Shown here in pieces: positions 35,673 to 48,920 of a stretch of DNA of 59,938 nucleotides. A program made the translations under genes and the position numbers. Source of the stretch: Catajapyx aquilonaris (Eukaryota); NCBI GenBank assembly GCA_000934665.2, contig KZ538116.1:62001-121938 (forward strand), written 5' to 3'. The first letter of the stretch is position 1. Every line of letters begins with the position of its first letter. The notes beneath the pieces were generated by a model. That model had not been told where the DNA came from. It searched no databases and saw only the letters and a list, made by a program, of their open reading frames with translations.

Positions 35673-37125
35673 CCTCCTTACCGACAGACCTGCAGAGGCC
35701 AAATCGGTCAGACACCAACCACCAACTAATTATAACTACTCATTACAAGTAATTAGTTGCATATATTCCCCATGCACTAGAGAGGCTGGGCACACTGCAC
35801 GAGTCCAAAGTTCACAATTTTTTTGTGCCTTTACCAGACCCAAAATGCAAGTCCCTTTGGGTGCTACGTACGCTTAGACTAATTATGCCGTCGATGAAAG
35901 TCGCCAAAAATTCGCACTCCTCCTTTAAATGCAAAAACGAGTGTGGAAAATTAATTTTGCCGTATTTTTCCTGTCGCTGCCACCAATTTCCTGTCAGTGA
36001 TGCCAACCGAGCCGACAACGCACTTTGACCTATTCCAATCCGTTTTCAAGAAAACCCTTTTCAGTAGCTCCAGGCCCTTTTTAATTACCGCATCGCAACC
36101 AATTACAATGTTTAAAAAAGGCGAAAATTGATTGCTGTCAAACAACGACCTGCATTAAATTAATAGAGTGGCGTGCCATCCGCCATTACGGCACACTTGC
36201 TGTCCAATAAAATAGCTCTACACACAAAAGTGGAATTGAATTAAACTGAATATAATTAATTAAAATTATTAAACCCAACGCTAGTGTCGGTTAGAAGGAT
36301 TAATCATAATTTGCACCGAATATTGTCTTACGAATAGCACCATTTTAAGTCATAAAGATCGGTGGAAACTGCGACGGTGCTGCCGCCTTTCGCGTAATGC
36401 ACAATGGTGAGACAAAAGAAGGCGGTTTCCCGCCGCAAAATGAGTGACAGTTGGTGATTTTTTTTCCATTTTTCTTCTTCCATACGTCTCTGTACTTTCG
36501 CAGTTTGCTCTCGGTGCAGGCCGAATTAGTGACATCTGAGGTCTAGTGAGGTTAGGCCCGTCCGAGTTGGAAGCATCAGCCGCTGGATTCACCAGGTGGG
36601 CCATTCGCATTATGTAGTGGGGTCATCATTAGTGATCAGTTGGATGTGGATTGGGTGATTAACCAGTAATTAGTGATTCACTCGAGCTAATACTCGAGTT
36701 AATACTGATGGTGTTGAATTGTGTAAGAAAGGTATGCGCCTTTTAAGGGAGATTAGTTGAATTATGGATTGAGCAAGGATTTGGCCTCATTTTTGAAGCG
36801 GCCCCGTGATCATTATGCAGTTGATCAAGGAGAAAGGCAATAATACAAATGGAAATTTCAATAGCAATAATTGCGTGACACTTGGTTCAAAAGCTTAATT
36901 ATATTTTAGGCTGAACAATACTGTGAACTCAAGTGGCTAAGCTCACAGCATGTATTGTACATTTCCCTGGTGGGCAGTGAGACATGTAATACCACATGGC
37001 TGCAAATATTTATTTATTCACCTATTTTTAGGCAATTGTTTGGATGGCTTGTGGTGGAGGCGAAACAAAGAATAAGATGTAAAACAAGGTGTGGAAGGGA
37101 AAGCTTTATGTTCACACAAATGCGT

Positions 37126-38183
37126 CGGGGTTGGTAAACCCGGTTGTTTTGGTTTAAACCAGGTTTAATTTCAAATTTTTGGTTCTAATTAATTTAAACA
37201 GGTTGTCACTTCTTGTCATCTACATACGTATTTCCATATCTCGAATGCCCATTCTCAACTCATAGTGAGGTAAATAATAAGTTATACTTTTGATTAAGAA
37301 AATGTTTCATGCTCAAAATTATAGTTACAGTATCATGGAATGGGAATTCCCCTTTGGAAGGGAATTTCGCATGGAGTGGTTCATTAGAGTGAAGTTAGGT
37401 GGAATGGGCATAAAAACATCTTTTTTGGATTTGTTGTTCTATTTCAATTAATAGGTGGATATGAATATATCCTCATTACTTTTTTAACTTTATACAATAT
37501 GCATATGGAAAGAAGAATGCAGTTTTCATATTTTATGAGAAATTAAACGTTATAACAAAAATATTGCACTCATGTGGGTAACTAATGGAATAAAATTCGC
37601 GTTTTACCCAATTTTGCTTAAAAATCTCCAGTAAGAAAATGAAAATGACAATTTCATACCTATATAATAATATCCCTTCAAGTGAAAAAATATTTATGCT
37701 AATCTAATAAATGTGCAGGGGCCCCGTGCCCCCCCCCCCNNNNNNNNNNNNNNNNNNNNNNNNNNNNNNNNNNNNNNNNNNNNNNNNNNNNNNNNNNNNN
37801 NNNNNNNNNNNNNNNNNNNNNNNNNNNNNNNNNNNNNNNNNNNNNNNNNNNNNNNNNNNNNNNNNNNNNNNNNNNNNNNNNNNNNNNNNNNNNNNNNNNN
37901 NNNNNNNNNNNNNNNNNNNNNNNNNNNNNNNNNCCCCCCTCCCCGAACCGGAATCCTGGCTACGTCACTGACTCTCTGTATTTAAAACTACCCATTTTAC
38001 CCCACCTGACCCTACTCATTAGGTTAATTAGATTATTGAATGATTTAATTTGGCTAATTTTGCAATAACATATAAGGTAAATTTTAGCAGTAATTGGGAT
38101 TACTTTTCATTTAAGAAAACCATGATTGTTAATTTTTTTTTAATCCACTAGATTTAAACCATGGTTTAAACCAGCCAACCCTG
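37126..38183. mobile_element. Possible hAT-like non-autonomous element spanning the gap, with a nested element end
   Basis: C(G/A)GGGTTGG termini with repeated GGTTTAAACC subterminal palindromes. A nested GGCTACGTCACTG terminus at about 37958-37970 follows the poly-C tract. No clean TSD. Confidence 0.4.
37740..37933. other. Assembly gap (N run) flanked by poly-C
   Basis: Run of Ns; a second 5-N gap follows poly-C at 44952-44956. Confidence 0.99.
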
Positions 38184-38486
38184 ATTAGAGTCGAGCTCAC
38201 TTTGTGGTCTATCTTGAAGTGTCATTATAGTGTGTTAATGTTTATTAATTAATTTTAATTTTTCAATCACTCATTAATGTAATTCAAGTGCATATTAATT
38301 TGTGAATGGATAGCCTCAGAAGTCTCTCCTGGCATTTGTTTACTACAATATTCTGCTATTTTATTTGTTACGTGCATAAAACGTGTGCAATGATCAGAAC
38401 CATATTGGCTCCAAACTCATATTTTTGAAAACACACTGTTGTTCAAGCATAGGTGGGATCGATTATTATTATTATTATTATTATTT

Positions 38487-38663
38487 CAGTTGAATCTGGA
38501 TTTAACAGACTTCAAGGGACCGCTGAAATCAGTCTGTTATAACCCGAGGTCTGTTACAGCCGAATACACAGGCCATATAGGGAAGTATGGCAGGACTGGC
38601 CTTTGGAGTCTGTTGTAAACGAAAGTCTGTTATAGTTGAGGCTGTTATATCCTGCTTCAACTG
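38487..38663. mobile_element. pogo/Tigger-type MITE
   Basis: CAGTTGAA...TTCAACTG|TA termini with internal CTGTTAT/CTGTTAC repeats, inserted in an (ATT)n tract. Confidence 0.7.
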
Positions 38664-38670
38664 TATTATT

Positions 38671-38671
<1 letters not shown>

Positions 38672-38727
<56 letters not shown>

Positions 38728-38728
38728 G
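38672..38728. repeat. (GTT)n microsatellite
   Basis: Direct reading. Other microsatellites: (ATT)n 38462-38485, (TTA)n about 44247-44268 and (GATT)n about 49977-50000. Confidence 0.95.
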
Positions 38729-38984
38729 GACTCCACTATCTACCTCTGAATGGGATTTATTACCTGAAGTCAATGAATGAATGAGTTGTTATTAATTCAT
38801 GATGGACTTGTGACACCTCAGGGATCCGCGGTTAAAGGCTTAGTTCAATTGCTGCGCTGATGTAGCCGACATGCACATCGCAGTGTTGCAAGCAGCCAAG
38901 GTTACATCCACAATACCCGAGAGGAAATGAGTTACCTCAACTGATTAACAATAATTATTACAGAGCTCTTTTAATTGAAGCTCC

Positions 38985-39400
38985 CCAACCCTCCCTCCCT
39001 CCCTCCCTATTGGCCCAGGCCGTTCAAGGTCACCCGCTCCGACCAATGGCATCTCCCCTGGCACGTAGGCGTGGCCTATGACGTCATTCCTGCACGTCGA
39101 GAGGTTAATTAATAAACCGGGCGGAGGCAGTAACGATCCGGGGGGGTTGTTATCGGCCCCCGATAATTATTGAAGGATGCAATCGAAAGTGGGGTGGGAA
39201 CTGGCCCTGGGGCGGGTATTCGTCTTTCCTCCCCGACCGCCCCAACCTCCCTGTCAGTAGAGAGAGAGGGGTGGTGCAAGGGAAAGAGAAAAAGAATGGA
39301 CCACTCCTCCTCCTCCTTCTCCATTCGTATGAAGCCCGCTTTTGTGACGTCACTCGTTCAGTGAACGGGGGGACGGCGAAGGGTTTGGAACACTCCCCGT
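38985..39400 (+). promoter_or_regulatory. Putative Pins/GPSM2 promoter
   Basis: GC-rich island with two perfect CRE palindromes TGACGTCA (39079-39086 and 39345-39352), CCAAT boxes (about 39009 and 39043) and GGGCGG boxes. Confidence 0.5.
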
Positions 39401-41387
39401 TTTGTTCAATTTCCAAATTATTCGTCTCCCAATTATTCCAACCAAGTCCTGTCGATTTTTATATATTATAAATCATAGGGGAGCGGCGGAAGGTAAGGGG
39501 AATGGACACACCCTGTCTTGTAGATCGTGTGTTGTGCACAGGACAGGGAAACCACTTCCTGTCAAGTGCTGACCAGTGTTGCATGGTTTTTTATTTTGGG
39601 GGTAGTTTTTTTTGGGTTGGAAGAAAGCAGCAAGCTTGACCTTTGTTTCTTTTTTATGTTTTCCCTGTGTAGGTAGAGTGAGTGTGTGGCCAAGAGAGGT
39701 GAAATATCCAAGATGGTACGTAACTTCCCCCAGACTTCGGCTTATGAGCGGCGCAGTCGAGCAGGAGGAATCTAGTGGCACTCAGATTAGCGGGCATGTC
39801 GTGCATGGAATAGGACGGGAAAAAGTTTGTGGCAGCAGTGAGGATTGTCATGGGCTTTCTGTCCACACTTGGAGTGGAAGTTTGGACAATGTCGTGTGAA
39901 TTTGAGGCATTTTATAGTTGACTGAAGATATGACTCGCTCATGCTAAATGCAGCTCAAGCTTAATCTGCATGGCTTCCTGGGTTTTTCCATACCCCATAG
40001 TATGCTCAGATATGGAAAGAAGGTGAGAAAGGTCCAGAAAGCCGCACACGAGCCTCATCTAGCCTCAGCGAGATGTCAACAAATGAATGGGGTGTGAGAA
40101 TTGGCTTACCACTGATTCTTGGGAATTTGTGATCACACTTTAATGCAAAGTTAAAACCAATTTCTGAGAAGGTTGCTGTGGTAATGTCCAAACTTCCACT
40201 GTATCAGAGTAGACAGCTTGCAATTGGGAATGACCCTACGTGACAGCTGATTAAGAGCGAGGAGCACCAGACTTAGTAAACAAGTCAGGCCTGATTGTAC
40301 TTGTTATTAGTTGTTGACAAAAACTAACCAACAGTTAAGGACAAAGTACAATTCAACCAGACTTGTTTTAATGAGTTTGTTGCCAGGTAGCGTGACTGAT
40401 AGTAAATCCAGAACAAGTGGTAGAAGTCTTCATTATTCACTTTTGATAACAATATCCAACACTGACACAATGAGTAATATGTGAAACGATAGTCCCAATT
40501 GCTGCCTTGAAGGTGACTGATTATTATTATGGCAGCATTCTTGGTCATAAGTGTAGCTGGGAATATTGCAGACTGTGGAATGTGACCTACCCAAATATGT
40601 AATAAATGGACACTTGCGTATGAGCAGCTACAGCATGATACATTGCTTGCGTTTAGGTCATTATTAATTATTATGGTTCGTTAGGGCATCTTCAATGGCT
40701 TTGATATGTGGATATAGCATAATATTATCCTTCATTGCCATAGGTATTGCTAGTGATGTAATGTAGCTAAAAGAACAGTGTCTTGGTTACTAGTGTGCAG
40801 ATAATTCATGATTTACTCATTTCTAAACTGACTATATCTTAGAGATCAGGCTGCAGGATCAGTTTCAGTTTGTATCATAATTTTGTGTGGTTATTCCCAG
40901 GAATATTGGGTGAAAAAGTGAAACTCAGGTTTTGCCTACCAAGATCCCCAATGGAGAAATCTGGATTTTAAAGTTAATATATTTAAATTTCAAATGATCA
41001 CAGAAAGCTTTAGGAGCATTTAAAATGTTTAAGTTTTTATGACAATGATAAAGTAGGAGCAATTTTTAGAGCTGCAAATTGCAATGAGGCAAGATTTTTC
41101 TATATTTTTTCCATATTTACATGCACTATTTTACTGGAATGGGTTGCGCATTTTCTCACTCGCATTTCTGGGAATTTAACCATCTTTAAAATCAATTTAC
41201 TTACAATTCTCCTACTGCACTTCACAAACTAATCATTTTTTTCATTCCCTCCAATTTTGATGGATTGCCCTGTAATTTTTGATGCCACTATGGTTGCCCT
41301 CACTGGTCGTTGGGTCATTGCTCATTATTAGGTTACTGTGTGATTGGAATATTTATTAACTAAATCCTGACTGACTGTGGGTGCAGG

Positions 41388-44300
41388 CATTGGTGGACAG
41401 CAGCACTTGCTTAGAGCTGGCCCTGGAAGGGGAGCGCCTTTGTAAGGCTGGCGACTGTAGAGCTGGGGTGGCTTTTTTTGAGGCGGCCATCCAGGCTGGG
41501 ACAGATGACCTGCGGACGCTTAGTGCCATTTACAGCCAGCTGGGCAATGCCTACTTTTACCTTGGGGACTACGTCAAGGCCATGCAGTACCACCGACATG
41601 ATCTCACTCTTGCTAGGTGCGTGCGTTTAGAACATGATTTTTTTTTGTGACTGTCTCAAATTTTTGTGTACTATGGATTAGGAAGCAAAAATTGCCACAT
41701 GATTTATTTAAAGTGCACAAAGTTTCTCTGCTTGACACCAGTTTACCACAACGATGTTGTTGAGTTTAGAAATAGAATTTGGAATATTGAACTTTGCAAG
41801 CTCAACAGGCTCCAAGGTTTTGTAAATGTTTTTCTGTAGAGGAAATTGCTTCATACTTTTACAATTCTTGAGTAAATCATCACTGTTGATTCTAAACCTG
41901 ATATGATATGACACAGTTATCATTTCTGCAATATAGACATTGTTATGGCCCTCCAAACACTAGTGTTACAGGCTTTTGTCTAAAATTCTTCTGAATAGTG
42001 ACAAGTTGTGTGGAGATACACTTGTGGTCCTTCTTTTCACACTAGGTTGGTGACTGTTGGCTATTTTAATTAGTGTGCATAATGGGATAATGGATGTGGT
42101 TGTGGTGTCATTATCAGTTACTAAGTTTATCCTAGCCAAGGAACAATTCCATCTTGGAGGTATACAAGCTGCCTCCATGGTTATGAAGCCAGTGCCATGA
42201 TGGATGATGATGATGCTAATTTGTGTTTGCATGTTGCAACCATGTTGCACCATACATGCCATATCCATCAAGCCTAGCTTCAATCTAACACCCTTCCATA
42301 TTAATACTGAAGGCCATTGATTGTGCAAACATATTGGAGATGTTAGACACCCAATACTGCCGGTATAGTTTAACAGAGTAAAAGCTATGGAGGCACATAA
42401 AAATATGAGATGATGTAATCACCATTGATTTTTGTTGAGTAGATGAGCTCTGATTATTATGATTGGTGGATTCAAGGTGCCCATTTTGAGAGCTAATGAA
42501 GGCCAGGAGCCTCCATAGATGAGGGGATTAGGTTCTTAATGTACTTGGCTTGTTGCAAAAGAATTAAGTAAATTCTTGTCCTCAAGATATACTATGGAGT
42601 CTCAAGACTGCATGAAAGCGCCTGCTTTCATGCAGTCTTGAGACTCCATAGTATATCCATAATCTATCATAATTCTTTGATTAGATTCTTCACAAAGAAA
42701 CGTTATTGAATAATTGTTTGAAATTTAGCAGCATTTACTGCAAGTGTTGTGCCAATATAAAGCTAACTTTTACCTGCAGTTAAAACAAATGACACTGGTG
42801 TTTGCTCAGCTTGCACTGCTTGATGTGCATTTGCTGCAGACCTCTTGAATCAAGTTACTATGACCATAGCAAGAACTCGATCATTGACAACTTTGTTAAG
42901 ACTGTGATTGAACTCACAGTGCACTCGACACTTGCTTGTATAAAGTGTCTGGCGAATTATTGAAGAGTGATGTGTAACATTAATCGTTTTTGTAGTAGGT
43001 GTGAGGAATTAACAATATGTTGGTATAATTTTTGTGCTATGGAATTGCATATTGTTCCAAGAGTCAGAGGCATGAAAATACTACCAATAGTGAAAAGTGA
43101 AGTTGGTAGAACTATTCTTTGTAATAAATGTGCATTTTTACGTCACATGTAATGATTGTAATCATGTTGGTTTTTAAGTGTTGCAAAGGGCCAAAAGTTA
43201 CATAAAAACACTTCTACATCCTCTCTATGTCACAAAATTTGAGACAAGTACAGATTTCTTATATAAGATATTGCAAGGCTGAATGACAAATTTTTGATGG
43301 AAAAATAACTCAACTCAGGACAATGGGTGACAAGCTGGGTGAGGCCAAAGCTAGTGGGAATTTGGGCAACACGCTGAAAGTGATGGGGAAGTTTGACGAG
43401 GCGGTGATCTGCTGTCGACGCCATTTGGATATTTCCAGGGAGCTCCATGACCGGGTGGGTTGCAATTTTTATTTCACCTGTATTTCCTATTATGCTTATT
43501 TTATGTCTTGTTTTGTTCTTGTTATTTGTCTTAAGCACCATTATTTGTTTCTAATGCATGCCAGATGTGTCATTGCCCGAATGTCATTGTAGAGGCCCAG
43601 TCATATATCTCTGTGATGTGGCACTAGCAGCAAGTGTATAAAGTTGTGTGTAACTTGTCTGTCTAACGGCGCTGGACAAGCAATAGTCACATTACAAGTC
43701 ACTTGCTTCTACTGCCAAATTGTGAATATGTGAATGGGTCTAATGAATTACATGATATTGTTTTTGTGTGTGGGATTTGTAATTTTCAATTGTTCATATT
43801 TTGTTAATGAAACTAGTTGTTGGGTTGGCTCATGAAAATGTCATCGGTATGTGAGATGCAATATGTATATTTAATTTACCTTAATTTAACCTAAACGTCT
43901 TCCACACTTACCCCTTGCCGAAATTTTTTCTGTAGACCATAGCTGCTGCATATAACTTCACTTGGCAGTAACTCTATTGATAGAGCCAAATTAAATTTCA
44001 TCGGGGATGACTGGTTACAATGAACTACTTGTCTCTGCATAGTACTCAGTTATTGCTAATTAGTAGGTGGTGTTTGCAATAGAACTGGTCAGCTACTATG
44101 AGCTTCAATGATGTAACATTGTTGAACTGTACAGATTTAAGTTTGGAATACAACCTGCTGGCAGTCATAACTGTAACATTTTATTAAATACAGGATGGTC
44201 CAGGTTCGTGGGACCTTTTAGTTTCAGGAAATTGCGCTCGAAACTGTTATTATTATTATTATTATTATTGTAGCTTGTTGTGCCCTGATCCAGGCAGCAA

Positions 44301-47300
44301 GTGCTACATTTGACCACCTGGGAGTAATGGGCCAACTGGATTGGGGTGCAACAAGCTACATAAAAATAACTACTTTGGGTGTTATTAGTGGTAACTAAAA
44401 GCAACCCATGAACTTGGAGCACCCTGTATATAAGACGGTAATGTGTGCAGATTCCTAAGCATATATCATTAGTCACTATCCATTTTTAACCCATTCAAAT
44501 CTAATCTCATGATATGAAATTTCCTTCCTGAAGGAGGAATTACATAATGTGGACTGAAATATTTTCAGCAACTTGATTTGATTAATCCTTGTCCAGTTCT
44601 GAATAATTGTGATCTTGCACATTGAGGCTGTTGCACACTAAAATAATGATTTTAAAAAATAAGCAAGGGCTTCCAAAAATTACAGGTATGAAGAGGCATT
44701 TTTATTGTTGTCTCATTCTACACAAGAAAATGAACCATTGCAGCATATCTCTCTGCTCAGCCCTTGTAATAAAGGACCTTGGCATGGAATCAGGTGCCTT
44801 CCATGAAGAGGCTTATGTCTGACAGGCATGGGATATGATTCAAGTTCCACTGTGATAGGGTGATACTCCTAGTTTCAGGACACTGATGCCAAATACAGTC
44901 AGTTACTGTATGGCAGTGGTTTGCTGAACTGACATGCCCCCCCCCCCCCCCNNNNNCTCAGGTGATTCAATTGTGGGGGTGGAAGCATTTTGCCAGATGG
45001 GCAGGGATGAGGGATCAAGGCAAGAATCTGCCATATAAAGAAACGGCATTGCACATATACATCACACTGCCCATACACACTTCCTCTCCCAAGAGAGAAT
45101 TGCCAGCGGGAGGCAGGGGAATGTCAGTTCAGCAAATGGAAGGTCTTACAGTACGTAATGCAGCAGTTGGAATAGATATATTCAGGTCTCTGACAGATTT
45201 ATTACTGAACAGTCAAAAGTATTGCAAGGAAGGTAACAGGCATGTTAAAACTATTCAGTATGATTTACTTTAAACATGACTGACGTGATCTTTTTTGTCC
45301 TCTGTGTGATTTTTGCATCTGCACAAGTTGATGTGTCTTAATCTTGGTCTTATATGTGGTCTCCTTCAACACACACAGACTGCCAGATCGTCATGCTGCT
45401 ATTCAGCAGCAAATGATGATATTCATTTTTACAAAGAAATGATTGGAAACAGTTTCATGTCCTTCCTAGAAATGTAATGCTGCTACTCTTAAAAATAAAT
45501 TCTAGAACATATCCCCAATGCTAATTGATATATTTATTCCAAATTGCCAACTTGTTAAGTATTACCACATATGTATGCAGGTAAATAAAGTAACCAGATT
45601 TTGCTGCTTTGTTGCAATAATTATGGTAACAATGTTGATTGTCTGGTAGTTTCATTCACCTGTTTGACTTGAAAATTTAAGCAAGATACAGTACTGTACA
45701 TGTGCTTCTATTTATCCAAATTGTCATATAGAAAGCATGATATTTTTTTTTAGCTTGGCATTTCCATGCGTTTTTACTGTGAACCATTTCAGGTAGGAGA
45801 AGGTCGTGCCTTGTACAACTTGGGCAACGTCTACCATGCCAAAGGAAAGCATTTGGGTCGACTTGGTCAACAAGATCCTGGCGAATTCCCAGAGGAAGTC
45901 AAAGTGTGTCTTCTAAAGGCTGTTGAATACTATGAGTGAGTGTAAAACTCAGAAAAAATCTGCTTCGGAGTTGTTATGGCTTATGTTCTTTACTTCAGGG
46001 AAAATTTGAAAATCATGCAGGAACTAGGAGACAGAGCAGGACAGGGGAGGGCTTGTGGTAACCTTGGAAACACACACTACCTTTTGGGGAACTTCCGAGA
46101 AGCGATAAGGTATCACACAGAGGTAAGGCATAATTGAGTTTGTAATCTAAGAAAACTAATTTTGGTGCACTGCTTGCCATGAAGTTCAATATGAAATAAA
46201 TTGTGGTGTACTGCTTGATTTCTTCTTACAGTAATTTTATTTCAGTTCAACTTATGAGGAACAAATTGTAATTAGTTAATAACATTTGCATCACATTTAT
46301 TGCAGAGGCTGAAAATAGCTAGAGAGTTTGGTGACAAGGCCGCAGAACGAAGAGCACACACAAATCTGGGCAACTCTCATATATTTTCAGGGGAATTTGA
46401 AGTTGCCGCTGAACACTACAAGTAAGTGCCAGATAACCTTGGATGCTTTGCCAGCCTTTTATGCTTATCATACTAATTTCACAAAAATTTACTTGGCAGA
46501 AAGACCCTGGGTTTGGCCCAAGAACTAGGTGACAGGGTTGTGGAGGCCCAGGCATGCTACAGCCTAGGAAACACCTACACTCTTTTGCGTGATTACCCAA
46601 CTGCAATCGAGTACCATATGCGTCATCTGCATATTGCCCAGGAGTTGTCAGACCGAGTTGGAGAAGGAAGGGGGTGTTGGAGCCTAGGGAATGCGCATGC
46701 TGCCATGGGAGACAATGAGAGAGCCCTCCACTTTGCCACAAAGCATTTGGACATTTCAAAAGAGGTTAGTCTTCAAACTCTCTTTTGGTGATATTTTAAC
46801 CTTGAGTTGCATAGTGTCTGTTGGACCAATAGCTGACATTTTTGTGGGTGCATAGAGGAAGTTGCATAACATGTCACATGAAAGAGTTACAACCATGAAT
46901 TTGGGAACAAAATTGGATCTGCATGAGGGAAATTCTTTCCTTTAATATTTCTCTTCTTTGCCCTGTAGCTGGGAGACCAGGTAGGTCAGGCAACAGCTCA
47001 GATGAACGTGTCCAATCTTCAGAAGCTCCTAGGGGTCGAAGATTCCGGCAGCATAAGGAGACATAGTGACACCTGTGTTGAAGGTTCCTCCCAGCAAGAA
47101 AAGAAGACTGCTGCTGGCAGAAGGAAGAGCATGGAGATGATGGATCTGCTTAAGGTTGGAGTTTATATATCGTATGATAAAATGTATCACTGTATGGTTT
47201 TAGAAATGTTAACCTTCAAAACTCGTAGCTCGTAGGATACATTTTTTTCACTCAAATAATTCACTTTTGCTCATTTTCATGCCGTTATTGTTGTTGTTAA

Positions 47301-48920
47301 CCTTGGGTTGAGATTAGGTATTGGCCTTTGAAAACCACTTATTCATTTGAATTCTTGCATTTGTCTTGCAGCTGACTCCAGATGCCAAATCAATGGGCCA
47401 TCGCAAAGGAGGTGTGGCATTGACAGTGAAGAATCCACACAATGTACTGAACAAGCCTGGAATGAATGGAGATCTGAAGCTCAGCAAAGTTAGTAAAGAT
47501 ACTGTAATTATCATTTTTACTTCTTGACAGTCTTTGTGAAATTATGACCAAGCAGCTCAATTGATTGATTGGGTTTTTCTTCATAAGATAGTGTAGTATT
47601 CACTATTCTGCACTAGAACAGAGGTTAAAAAGCTAACATTTTGCAGCTCAAATTATTGGTTATTTCTTTATAGAGGGACTCGGAAGATGTGTTGGATGAT
47701 GACGACTTCTTTGAACAACTTTCACGTGTACAATCTAAGCGTATGGATGACCAACGTTGCTCCTTATCTGCAGTTCCTGATAACAAGGAGAACAGTCAGC
47801 CTGTCGGCAACAATAATGGCAGTGAAAATAACAATGGAACAGGCGATAGCAGTCAGAGAAAGGGATCTGTTAGCTCAGCAAGTGCAGTTTCTGAAAAGTG
47901 TAAGCTTGTTTTCTTGAACAGCTTATGTTATCGTCTATTGAGAGTTTAATTCCAGAATGATAAGAGTTCAATTGCAGTTGTAAGTGGTAGTTTTAAATTG
48001 TCTGCATCTGTTGTGTAGCATCAGGAGATCAACCCCAGGATGACCTTCTGGATATGATAGCAGGGATGCAAAGCAAGAGAATGGATGAGCAAAGAGCAGA
48101 GCTGCCGCAATTACCTGGACTCAAGAAAGCCAATTTTGAGATAAGGCAAAGGCTGTCAGTGGCTGCAGCGGGTGATGCAAACACATTGCCAGACGACAAT
48201 TTCTTTGAGATGCTCATGAGGTGTCAGGTAAATATTATGGCTGTACAATTCACAGTGCAATTTTTACATGAATCTTCTATGTTGCATACTTTCTGCCTCC
48301 AAGAAAGCTTCAAGCCATTGGATGCATGCCATCTGGAAAATTTCTGTCAGCTTTTAAATTGTAAATGTGTCCGATGTCCTATTTCATATGTGCCAATAAA
48401 TACTTACATAGAGCATGCATCCAAAGTTATGGTTCAACCACTTACGCCTGGTTCTGTGATTGATTTAATCTGAATAAAGTAGTTAATCCTTATTATTCAC
48501 TGTTGCTAATAATATTGTGGGAAACAAGATGGATCAACCACTTGTTCTCCATTAACAACCAGTCATGAAAGCCAGCCGTAGTTTGCCATTTGGTGTTATC
48601 TGTTGCACATTAGTTCACATATGTTGCAGGGCACCCGAATAGAGGACCAGCGCAGTTCCCTCCCTGCAGAGAAGGAGCAAGCTACTGCTGGAGCAACGTC
48701 AGTGAGTGCCCCGACTGTGCCGGATGAGGACTTTTTCTCACTCATTATGCGACTGCAGTCTGGTCGCTTGGAAGATCAGCGTGCACCAGTCCCATTTTCC
48801 AGGGTTGGGAATTCCACATCTGCACCACTGTCAGAAGGTGGTGACGATCACGGAGATGACAAATCAGGGAAAGGGAAGTTAGGGAAGGGAGCCATTCGAA
48901 AAGACAAGAATAGGAAGTAG
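41388..48920 (+). CDS. pins: Partner of Inscuteable / G-protein-signaling modulator 2 (TPR repeats plus 4 GoLoco); start-codon exon not resolved
   Basis: Exons 41388-41616, 43319-43454, 45793-45935, 45999-46122, 46306-46421, 46500-46764, 46969-47154, 47372-47488, 47674-47899, 48019-48227 and 48630-48920. Contains CLELALEGERLCKAGDCRAGVAFFEAA, TPR repeats, the linker RRKSME and four (D/E)QR GoLoco motifs. Confidence 0.95.
42586..42657. repeat. Perfect 34-bp-arm palindrome with a 4-nt loop
   Basis: GATATACTATGGAGTCTCAAGACTGCATGAAAGC-GCCT-GCTTTCATGCAGTCTTGAGACTCCATAGTATATC. Confidence 0.95.
44191..44426. mobile_element. Degenerate mariner-type MITE
   Basis: TA|CAGGATGGTCCA ... TGGAGCACCCTG|TA imperfect TIRs. 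Confidence 0.35.

Noticed and set aside
36332..36345. Upstream ATG exon as an N-terminal extension of CRYZ
   Set aside because: ATGGTGCTATTC|GTAAG spliced to the acceptor at 35689 gives MVLFVCR*, out of frame with the CDS; at most a uORF.
37711..38784. ORFs with poly-X, poly-Asn or poly-Val
   Set aside because: Artefacts of the N gap and the (GTT)n microsatellite.
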